A stretch of 64,000 nucleotides of DNA from Bdellovibrionota bacterium FG-1 (GTDB lineage Bacteria > Bdellovibrionota > UBA1018): contig JBBCAW010000012.1 of NCBI GenBank assembly GCA_051382295.1, forward strand, positions 32,001 through 96,000, read 5' to 3'. Shown here piece by piece: positions 50,286 through 58,264 of the stretch. A program made the translations under genes and the position numbers. Numbering within the stretch: position 1 is the stretch's first letter; every line of letters starts with the position of its first letter. The notes beneath the pieces are model-generated. The model worked only from the letters and a program-made list of their open reading frames with translations. It did not search any database and was not told the DNA's origin.

Positions 50286-50614
50286 TCCACTCCGGTCCCT
50301 CCGGTTCTTATGGCCCGTTTCCGTGAGGTGACTTTGTTCTGTCCCAGTGCCTCATCCAGGGAGGTATATTTGGGCGTTTCAAAGAGGCGCTCGAATGTGC
50401 TTTCGGCCCCAAGTGCGGTGGCGATCCGCAAGGCATTTTCAACAGAGACGTGCCCCGTTTTTTCAAAGCGGTGAAGCGTTGCAACACCGATGCCGGAGCG
50501 GTCCGCATGCTCCTGTTGGGTCCAGTTTCGAGAGAGTCGTAGAGCCTGAGTGCGTTGACCAATCGCTAAAAGGATATTTGAATAGGATTCAAGGCCTGTC
50601 CTAGAATTGATCAT
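50282..50614 (-). CDS. HipB-like Xre antitoxin
   Basis: LRLSRNWTQQEHADRSGIGVATLHRFEKTG HTH; 4-bp overlap with hipA. Confidence 0.8.
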   Translation of the reverse strand: MINSRTGLESYSNILLAIGQRTQALRLSRNWTQQEHADRSGIGVATLHRFEKTGHVSVENALRIATALGAESTFERLFETPKYTSLDEALGQNKVTSRKRAIRTGGTGVE

Positions 50615-50668
50615 TAATGATAGATTATAATCACTTTATGGCAATAGTTAATCAAAATTGATCGGTTA

Positions 50669-51673
50669 TTAGTTGTGGTTTTGGGTGATGTTTTGTCGAG
50701 AAATTTCTAAATTTCGTCTAAAATCGGCTGGTTTCACGCGGTTCAGTGCCGAGTGGGCGACGCGGGCTTTATAGGCGGCTGCGTCCTCCGCGAGGAGCGC
50801 ATCCCAATCCTGCAACAACCTTGGAGGTTCGTTACGAGATGATCCCCCGTCTTGTTCTAATTCCCGCCGAACTGGCTTTATGTTGAACGGACAGGCTTCT
50901 TGGCATAGGTCGCAGCCTGCGACCCACGGGCCAATCGCTTTTTGATCTTGCTCAGAAAGGCCAAGTTCGCCTCGCATTTCAAGAGTCCAATAGCTGATGC
51001 AACGTTCAGAGTTTAGCCAGTGAGGGTCTCGAAGTGCGCCTGTTGGGCAGCCCTGAATGCATCGAGTGCAGCTGCCGCAATAATCGGGCAAAGGTGTGGG
51101 GCCTCGTCCGGTTTTTTGGTTGATCAGCACGACGCCGATAAAAAAATAACTTCCTAGTTTAGGATGAATCAAAAGCGTATTTTTGCCAATCCAACCGAGT
51201 CCGGCCAGCGCAGCCCAACTTCGCTCGAGCACCGCACTAGTATCGACACAGATTTTCCAACGAAGTTCGGGGTAGTTTTGTTTGGTCTGCTCCATCATTC
51301 GTTCCAAGCGTTGCGCCAGCGAATCGTGATAGTCGAGGCCATCTGTTCCGGTTAAGCCGCGAAGGTATCTTGCGTACCTTGGACCCTCGCTGATTTCTGC
51401 TGCCCCGTACGGACGCCGAGGATAAGGCGCTAGTACGCAGAAAATGCTCTGAGTCTCTGGAAACATTAGGCGCGGATCAGCTCGCCGGTCACGGCCACGC
51501 TCGAGGTATTGCATGCGGCCTGGGTAGCCGCGTGCAAGCCACTCGTCGTAACGTGCAACATGGGGGGCAATGGCTTCGAGGCTGAGGTCACGATCTACCG
51601 CGCCCGCGCATGAAAAGCCCTCAGTCTGGGCGCTTGCGAGCAAAAGGGAGTAAAAATCAGCAGCAGCTTCCAT
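50669..51673 (-). CDS. queG: Epoxyqueuosine reductase
   Basis: DYHD, VDTSAVLERSWA..AGLGWIGKN, CGSCTRCIQGCPT, CISYWT, GCDLCQEACP. Confidence 0.93.
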   Translation of the reverse strand: MEAAADFYSLLLASAQTEGFSCAGAVDRDLSLEAIAPHVARYDEWLARGYPGRMQYLERGRDRRADPRLMFPETQSIFCVLAPYPRRPYGAAEISEGPRYARYLRGLTGTDGLDYHDSLAQRLERMMEQTKQNYPELRWKICVDTSAVLERSWAALAGLGWIGKNTLLIHPKLGSYFFIGVVLINQKTGRGPTPLPDYCGSCTRCIQGCPTGALRDPHWLNSERCISYWTLEMRGELGLSEQDQKAIGPWVAGCDLCQEACPFNIKPVRRELEQDGGSSRNEPPRLLQDWDALLAEDAAAYKARVAHSALNRVKPADFRRNLEISRQNITQNHN

Positions 51674-51691
51674 CGTGTAATCTAGGATGAT

Positions 51692-53089
51692 TTAGGGTGA
51701 TTTGAGAATACGACCGATGAGGTCATGTCCTTGGGCTTCAGTGAGAAGCACCTGCACAAAGTCCCCCGGTTTCAGAGTTTCTAAGGCATTGCTGTCCCCG
51801 AGATCATTGATCAACACATGACCATCGATTTCTTGCGCCTGTGTGGGCATCCGGCCTTGAATGAGGAGTTCGGTTTCGTCGCTCGGACCTTCGATCATCA
51901 CCTGCACAGTTTGGCCGACAAGTTTTTCGTTTCGAACCTGGGCCTGCTTCTGCAAAATGTCCGCAAGCTTTTTAGCGCGTTTTCGTTTAGTGGCCGGATG
52001 GACTTGGTCCGGCATATCATTGGCTTTGGTGCCTTCTTCTTTCGAGTAGCGAAACACGCCGACAAAATCGAGGTTGAGGTCCTCGAGATCGCGCGCCATC
52101 TCTTCGAACTGCTCCTCGGTTTCGCCCGGAAAGCCCACGATCATCGACGTACGAAACACCATTCCAGGAACTTTGGCTCTGAGCTTACTGATCAACTCAA
52201 AAAGCTTAGTTTTGGTAAGTCGTCGACCCATCGCCTTGAGAACGTCGTTATTGGTATGCTGAATGGGCATGTCGAGGTATTTGACGATTTTGGGCTCGCG
52301 TGCGACGATATCGATCAGTTCATCGCTAAAATCATCAGGATACACGTAGTGCAGTCGGATCCACTCGATGCCGTCGATTTTGCACAGAGCAGGCAGTAGG
52401 GTGAGCAGGCTGTCTTTGTAGCGGCCCTCGATTCCATAATGGGTGAGATCTTGCGCGACCAGGTTGAGTTCGCGGACTCCGCGTTTGGCCATGCCTTGCG
52501 CTTCTTCGACGAGCGACTCGACGGTGCGAGATCGAACATTGCCTCGGAGGGTCGGGATAATACAAAATGCGCAACGTCGGTTACAACCTTCTGAAAGTTT
52601 GAGAAAGCCCGTATAGCTCGGGCCGGTGTGCATGCGCGGATCTTTTTCAGAATGAATAAAGGCCGGTTGGTCGATGTAAGAGCGTTTGGGAAGGGGAGAC
52701 CCAAATTCTACCGATTTGGCGCGGGCATCTAAAAGCTCGGTGATGCGATGGTACTGGCCAGTGCCGATAAAAAGGTCGACTTCGGGCATCTCGAGTTCGA
52801 GTTGTTTGGAGTAACGTTGCGGCAAGCAGCCTGCGGCTACGAGAACTTTGCACCGCGCGCTTTGCTTGAGTTCGGCCATGTCGAGGATGGTCTCGATGGA
52901 TTCTTCTTTGGAAGCCTGGATGAATGAGCACGTGTTGACGATGATGACTTCGGCTTCTTGGGGATTGGTGGTGATCGAGTAACGATCCTTTTGAAGAAGT
53001 CCGAGCATGACCTGCGAATCAACGAGGTTTTTGGGACAACCCAAACTGATAAAATGAACTGGGGACTTCGATTTTGGGGTACTGCTCAT
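51692..53089 (-). CDS. rimO: Ribosomal protein uS12 methylthiotransferase
   Basis: SLGCPKNLVDS, NTCSFI, EGCNRRCAFCIIP radical SAM motif, C-terminal TRAM (QEIDG). Confidence 0.95.
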   Translation of the reverse strand: MSSTPKSKSPVHFISLGCPKNLVDSQVMLGLLQKDRYSITTNPQEAEVIIVNTCSFIQASKEESIETILDMAELKQSARCKVLVAAGCLPQRYSKQLELEMPEVDLFIGTGQYHRITELLDARAKSVEFGSPLPKRSYIDQPAFIHSEKDPRMHTGPSYTGFLKLSEGCNRRCAFCIIPTLRGNVRSRTVESLVEEAQGMAKRGVRELNLVAQDLTHYGIEGRYKDSLLTLLPALCKIDGIEWIRLHYVYPDDFSDELIDIVAREPKIVKYLDMPIQHTNNDVLKAMGRRLTKTKLFELISKLRAKVPGMVFRTSMIVGFPGETEEQFEEMARDLEDLNLDFVGVFRYSKEEGTKANDMPDQVHPATKRKRAKKLADILQKQAQVRNEKLVGQTVQVMIEGPSDETELLIQGRMPTQAQEIDGHVLINDLGDSNALETLKPGDFVQVLLTEAQGHDLIGRILKSP

Positions 53090-53096
53090 ACTTCGA

Positions 53097-53594
53097 TTAA
53101 TCCCTGAAATTTCCGAATTGCATCGGGACTTTGAGTTTGTCCTGGATTCCGCGAAGGTGGGCGATTGCGGCTTGGAGGTCATCTCGGTTTTTGCCGGTGA
53201 CCCGGACTTGCTCATCTTGAATTTGGGCCTGGACCTTTAGCTTAGATTCTTTGATCGCGGCGATGATTTCTTTGCCCTTTTCTTTGGAAACGCCGGCTTG
53301 GACGAGGACCACTTGGCGCACGCTGCTGCCGAATGCTGGCTCAAGGTCTTTGTATTCCAAGGACAAGAGCGAGATGCCTCGTTTGATGAGCTTGTTTTGA
53401 AGGATGTCGTTCACGGCCTCGAGTTTGCCTTCTTCGCTGCACCAAAGGGTGATGGTTTTTTCTTTTTGGTCGAGCTTGATTTCGGATTTAACGCCTTTGA
53501 AATCAAAACGTTGGCCGACTTCTTTGGTGGCCTGGTTGATCGCGTTATCCATTTCTTGCCAGTTCATTTCAGCAGAGACATCAAAAGAAGGCAT
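53097..53594 (-). CDS. yajQ: YajQ family nucleotide-binding protein
   Basis: [41 protein letters not shown]. Confidence 0.96.
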   Translation of the reverse strand: MPSFDVSAEMNWQEMDNAINQATKEVGQRFDFKGVKSEIKLDQKEKTITLWCSEEGKLEAVNDILQNKLIKRGISLLSLEYKDLEPAFGSSVRQVVLVQAGVSKEKGKEIIAAIKESKLKVQAQIQDEQVRVTGKNRDDLQAAIAHLRGIQDKLKVPMQFGNFRD

Positions 53595-53710
53595 AAAAGG
53601 TCGATTCTCCTCGTTAAAATGGAATTTCCACGGAAATCGGTAATCTAATACAGAAATGGTCGGATAAAGGCAACTGGAAAAAACCGTCGCTGTTTTTAGT
53701 CGGAAAATTG

Positions 53711-54098
53711 AACCAAATCGAGCAGAACTCTCGTCCTGAGATCTCCGGTTAAACGCTGTACCCGGATCACCTCAGAGCTGTCCTAAGCAGTCGGCAATTG
53801 TTTTGACTAGAAAAACCAAGAGCTTGGCGAGGACAAAAAGACGCCAAATTCTAAATTTAAGTTTTTCGAGTCGGATCCGATGAGCATAATAGATGGTTCT
53901 ATTACTTTTCATAGGATGCCTCCTTTCTTTTTAGTGAAGAAGGGAGGTATTTCCGTCTACTCTGCGCGGTTTGGCAGGAACTTCAAAAGCAAAATTAATG
54001 CCGATGCCTGCTGGAACTTACAAAGGTTTTATCCCGTGGTCCGTCCGGATTTCGGTGAGGGTATTCGAAATTGGGACCAATAGGGTGTGCACAAGTCG
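53711..54098. repeat. Long direct repeat copy 1 (388 bp)
   Basis: Colinear without indels with 57313-57700 and with 54621-54971; most diverged copy in the 53980-54040 segment. Confidence 0.95.
53772..53912 (-). CDS. 46-aa basic/hydrophobic peptide, putative type I toxin (copy 1)
   Basis: Manual translation MKSNRTIYYAHRIRLEKLKFRIWRLFVLAKLLVFLVKTIADCLGQL; AAAGGAGG SD 6 nt before ATG; below the ORF-track cutoff. Confidence 0.8.
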   Translation of the reverse strand: MKSNRTIYYAHRIRLEKLKFRIWRLFVLAKLLVFLVKTIADCLGQL

Positions 54099-54120
54099 TG
54101 GATGATGTTATATAACGTCG

Positions 54121-54648
54121 ATGAATATTGATCTGCGCCCCATCCATGTCAAAGATTGGAAATTGCTTTTGAAGTGGCGCAATGATCCTCAAGTGACGCG
54201 TGACCTTGCTTTTCAAGCGATGTCTGAGGAAAGGGTCAGGCAGTTCATTCAGGAGAAGGTTGACTCGACGACAGATCGGACTTTTGTGATTGAATGTGAC
54301 GGGCAGGTGATCGGATATACTTTGATTGAGTCAGACGTTCTGAATAAAAAATGCGAAGTCGGCATCATTATTGGTGAGAAAGGATATTGGGGAAAGGGGA
54401 TCGGAAAGCAAGTTTGTCGAAAGATCACCGACATTGCCATTTCGGAGATGGGTTTACACCGGGTTTTGGCCGTGGCTTCTGAAAGAAATCTCGGATCAAT
54501 TCGTTGTTTTTTGTCTCAAGGATATCGCGAAGAGGGGCGTCTGCGGCACGCCAACTATCGCGACGGTAAGTTTTATGATCTTGTGCTGTTGTCTATGTTG
54601 TCCCACGAGTGGAATCATATACCAAACCGAGCAGAATTCTCTTCCTGA
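54121..54648 (+). CDS. RimJ/RimL-family GNAT N-acetyltransferase
   Basis: EVGIIIGEKGYWGKGIG acetyl-CoA motif, GLHRV, NLGSIRC, GYREEGRLR; last codons read into repeat copy 2. Confidence 0.9.
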   Translation: MNIDLRPIHVKDWKLLLKWRNDPQVTRDLAFQAMSEERVRQFIQEKVDSTTDRTFVIECDGQVIGYTLIESDVLNKKCEVGIIIGEKGYWGKGIGKQVCRKITDIAISEMGLHRVLAVASERNLGSIRCFLSQGYREEGRLRHANYRDGKFYDLVLLSMLSHEWNHIPNRAEFSS

Positions 54649-54971
54649 GATCTCCGGTTAAATGCTGTACCCAGATCAACTCAGATTTGTCCTAAGTAGT
54701 CGGCTGCAGTTTTGACTAGAAAAACCAGAATCTTGACGAGGACATAAAGACGCCAAGATTTAAATTTGAGTTTTTCAAGTCGGATCCGATGAGCATAATA
54801 GTTGTTTCTATTACTTTTCATAGGATGCCTCCTTTCTTTTTGACGAAGAAGGGAGGTATTTCCGTCTACTCTGCGCGGTTTGGCAGGGACCTCAAAAGCA
54901 AATTTGATGCCGACGCAACCTCGAAATTACGAGGCTTCAGGGCTGTTACCCGTCCGGATTTCGGTGAGGGT
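54621..54971. repeat. Long direct repeat copy 2 (351 bp, lacks last ~36 bp)
   Basis: Colinear with copies 1 and 3 up to TTCGGTGAGGGT, then unrelated sequence. Confidence 0.95.
54681..54821 (-). CDS. 46-aa basic/hydrophobic peptide, putative type I toxin (copy 2)
   Basis: MKSNRNNYYAHRIRLEKLKFKSWRLYVLVKILVFLVKTAADYLGQI; same SD and stop position as copy 1. Confidence 0.8.
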   Translation of the reverse strand: MKSNRNNYYAHRIRLEKLKFKSWRLYVLVKILVFLVKTAADYLGQI

Positions 54972-55055
54972 GACTAGAATCCGGACCCGGAAAGTTCAAA
55001 AGCCCCTCCTCCCTTCCCAGCCCAAAAGCAGCGACCAGGAAGGAGGGGCGCAGTT

Positions 55056-56333
55056 TTAGTTTTTGTAAATCGGCAAAATTCCAAAGGGAGCAGCAGGGGC
55101 TTTTGAATAAAATAACCGACGTCCCCAAGGTGCTTTTTGTTTGCTGACGATTTTACCGTCACAGCTGACTTCGGTGCGAAATCCACCCTGATCAAATATC
55201 CCACCCAATGGCCAATCTTCCGGAGTATCGGTACATGAGGTGGCTGAGCATTCAATAGGCCAAAAGGGTCCCCCGGCCTCTTTCTGTCCTGGGGCGAATT
55301 GAGTGAAACAAACCAATCCGAAAGTTCGGCACTCAGGATTCGAGAATTCGACGTGAAGATGGTCAACGACTCCAATCGCTTTCACGGTTTTGGTGAGGAG
55401 GGCGTTTCCAAAAAAATCACGACAAACAGCGACGCATTGATTGTTCATATCCTTTTCGGTATTCGGGACTCCCGAAGGATAGGCATCACTTTCTTTTTCC
55501 TCCCAATATCTAATAAAATCTAAGCCAATGGTTTTACAGGCGCCGCCGGTTGAGACTGGCTGATAAATGACGGGTAATGGCTGATTGCCGGATTTTTCCA
55601 CAGAAACCTGCCAGCTGAAATGGGGCGCAATGGGTTGAAGTTTGTTTCAGTCAGAGGTGGGGGCGAATAAAAAGCCGACCATCTTTCGGGCTTCTTCGGA
55701 GTCATGAGCTTCGTAGTAAAGACGAGCTAGGCCATAAAGCACTTCGTGAACAAAAAAGGCGGCTTGATCGGTAGGTGTGAATTTATCAAATACGGTTTTA
55801 GAGATCCGGAGTGTGCCATCCGATTCGTAAAATCCTGCGTATTGGAGCTCGCACCCTTCTGGGATCACAGCGGGAAAGTGCGAGCCTAAATCAGAAACCC
55901 CGGGCATCGTGACACCAGCAGGTAGGAAATTGACCTGGGTCTTGAATTTTATGAGGAGATCCACAAAGTCCTGTCCGATGTATGGATTCCACTGGGCTAA
56001 TCGTGCTTGGATTTGATTGATTTGCGCATCAGCGCTGTCTTGAGATTGCGGAATCGTCAGGCCAAAACGAATTTCGGCTTCATAGAGGTCGAGAAGGTGA
56101 GCGGAAACGACCTTGCGATCAGTTCCTAGGCAGACCACCGACGCTCCGCCTCCGCTCGAGCCCGGCCCTGTTGAAGTGCTCGTTCTGCCTCCGCCGATTT
56201 TTTCGGTTACTACTGAGGTACCCAGAGCGGGTGGGCGATCGGATGGGGAGGGCGTGGTCCCTTGTTTACTGCAGGCGCAAAACACCAAAAGGAATCCGAC
56301 GGTTGAAAGAAATTTTAGGGCAGAGGATTTCAT
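55056..56333 (-). pseudogene. Hypothetical lipoprotein split by one in-frame TGA
   Basis: ORFs 55647-56333 and 55056-55601 share a frame (...FAPTSD*NKLQPIAPHFSWQVSVEKSG...); lipobox CAC; GGGASVVC...LLDLYEA and HEVLY motifs. Confidence 0.7.
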
Positions 56334-56476
56334 ACATTTTTCCGTTTCCGCTGCGATTTAACAAGAGGAGCATCATTTAGCAGCGTTTCGCCACGTAAAA
56401 AATGGCTGATTTTTAGGAGCTAAACTAGATAATAATTATGTTTTTATTACCTTAATTGTTATAAATTATTACTCAT

Positions 56477-57286
56477 ATGGGTGAGCAAAGTGTTTTTTCT
56501 TTTTCAGACTATAAGCAGTTTCTTTGTCATTATGTGGATGTTCACAAAAAAGAGCGGGGCAGTATCCGGCGGATGGCTGAAGCGGCGGGTTGTCAGCGAT
56601 CCTACATGTCCCAAGTTTTAGGCACTCATGTGCATTTAACACGGGAGCAGGCGTGGGGTCTGTGTTCTTTGTTTGGTTTTAAGGATCTTGAGTCGCAATA
56701 TTTTATGGTGTTGATCGATCTCGCGCGCGCGGGAAGCAAAAAATATCGGGAAAATTTGGAGTCGCAGCGAAAAATGTTAAAACAAAGGTCCGAGGATCTT
56801 TCGGAACGCACCACGCGTAAGCGGATCGAGTCTGAGGATTTTGCGATGGAGTATTATTCGGCGTGGTATTGGAGCGCGATCCATATTTTAGTTTCTATTC
56901 CGGGCTTTCAGACTGTGAAGTCAATTGCGGCAAAGTTGTTTCTTGATGAAAAAACAGTCGAAAACAGCCTTAAACGATTGGCTGTGATGAAATTGGTCAC
57001 TCAAGAAAAAGATCGATGGTGTTTCAGGCAAGAAAGTATTCATGTGCCAAAGGATTCGCCTTATGTGGTCTTTCATCATCGGAATTGGCGAGATCGGTCG
57101 GTTTTATCTTCACAGGCCTCGGATCACGAGGGGATTCATTACACGATGGTTCAATCCGTGAGTCGAGACGTGTTGCCTCGAGTTCGTCAGCTTTTTCTGG
57201 ATGCTATAGAGCAAGCCAATCGTATTGCTGGCCCTTCTGCTCCTCAAGAGTTGGTCGCGATTAACTGTGACATTTTTTCAGTATGA
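56477..57286 (+). CDS. TIGR02147/DUF4423-like HTH regulatory protein
   Basis: VFSFSDYKQFL, MAEAAGCQRSYMSQVL HTH, YYSAWYWSAIHIL, FHHRNWR, terminal INCDIF; pattern of the family expanded in Bdellovibrio and Fibrobacter. Confidence 0.8.
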   Translation: MGEQSVFSFSDYKQFLCHYVDVHKKERGSIRRMAEAAGCQRSYMSQVLGTHVHLTREQAWGLCSLFGFKDLESQYFMVLIDLARAGSKKYRENLESQRKMLKQRSEDLSERTTRKRIESEDFAMEYYSAWYWSAIHILVSIPGFQTVKSIAAKLFLDEKTVENSLKRLAVMKLVTQEKDRWCFRQESIHVPKDSPYVVFHHRNWRDRSVLSSQASDHEGIHYTMVQSVSRDVLPRVRQLFLDAIEQANRIAGPSAPQELVAINCDIFSV

Positions 57287-57312
57287 ATAAGAAACCCAGC
57301 ATAGGGTTTTAA

Positions 57313-57700
57313 AACCAAACCGAGCAGAATTCTCATCCTGAGATCTCCGGTTAAATGCTGTACCCGGATCACCTCAGATTTGTCCTAAATAGTCGGCTAT
57401 TGTTTTGACCAGAAAAACCAAGATCTTGGCGAGGACAAAAAGACGCCAAGATTTAAATTTCAGTTTTTCAAGTCGCGTCCGATGAGCATAATAGGTTGCT
57501 CTATTATTTTTCATAGGATGCCTCCTTTCTTTTTGACGAAGAAGGGAGGTATTTCCGTCTACTCTGCGCGGTTTGGCAGGGACCTCAAAAGCAAATCTAG
57601 TGCCGATGCTACCTCGAAATTACGAGGCTTCAGGGCCGTTACCCGTCCGGATTTCGGTGAGGGTATTCGAAATTGGGACCAATAGGGTGTGCACAAGTCG
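57313..57700. repeat. Long direct repeat copy 3 (388 bp)
   Basis: Colinear with copy 1 over its full length. Confidence 0.95.
57374..57514 (-). CDS. 46-aa basic/hydrophobic peptide, putative type I toxin (copy 3)
   Basis: MKNNRATYYAHRTRLEKLKFKSWRLFVLAKILVFLVKTIADYLGQI; same SD and stop position as copy 1. Confidence 0.8.
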   Translation of the reverse strand: MKNNRATYYAHRTRLEKLKFKSWRLFVLAKILVFLVKTIADYLGQI

Positions 57701-57704
57701 CAGG

Positions 57705-58070
57705 TCAGTCAAAGCGGCAAAATACATCCAGATCTTTGCCCCCTCGGGTATAACTCAATTGCTGGTATCGCTTCCTCTCAGTAACAAGCGTCGTAGATAC
57801 TGCTTTTGTTATCGTATCCGTGATTCCCATAGTCATTACTTTTGAGCCGTCTGACATGGCGGCATAGACAAAGACGCCGTTAATTTCCTTTTCGACGGAA
57901 TTTTTATTTTCCTTGGAAATGGCCCCTTCAATCTGTTGTTCGGGAGTATCGGTACCTCGAATCATGCACTTAACTTTCTTTGGAGGCGGGCTTGTCTTCT
58001 GCGCCGTAGCGTAGGATGCGCCGAAAAGAATTTCGGAAATACAGAATAAACCGATAGAAAGTAGCTTCAT
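57705..58070 (-). CDS. Small secreted hypothetical protein
   Basis: Signal-like MKLLSIGLFCISEILFGASYA from ATG 58070; two Cys near the mature termini. Confidence 0.6.
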   Translation of the reverse strand: MKLLSIGLFCISEILFGASYATAQKTSPPPKKVKCMIRGTDTPEQQIEGAISKENKNSVEKEINGVFVYAAMSDGSKVMTMGITDTITKAVSTTLVTERKRYQQLSYTRGGKDLDVFCRFD

Positions 58071-58264
58071 AAATCCAATGATACAGGCAAGCCTGATAAC
58101 TTTGTCAACCCACCGCTCATAGTGCACCAAGTCGCACAGCCTTGTTCGTTGCTTGCCCCACGTAAAAATTCCTGCTCTTGCCTTTTTGAGTTCCCTTGCT
58201 AGAGTCGGGTGCTTCACAACTCGATCATCCACGGCTACGACGACTCTGGGAGAATTTAGAGACG

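Noticed and set aside
41694..55649. TGA recoding (selenocysteine or alternative genetic code) to explain two in-frame TGAs
   Set aside because: TGA ends core genes here (ugd, trmL, smc), each case is a single stop in an accessory gene, and no SECIS was recognised; nonsense mutation is simpler.
53880..57685. Plus-strand ORFs in the repeats (53880-54083, 54789-54977, 57482-57685; MSII...) as the real genes
   Set aside because: No SD, variable ends, and synonymous substitutions fit the minus-strand 46-aa frame instead.
53711..57700. Repeats as a CRISPR array, IS/MITE or integron attC sites
   Set aside because: Units are ~390 bp with gene-sized spacers; no cas, transposase or integrase gene; no inverted repeat joining the two ends and no target duplication seen.
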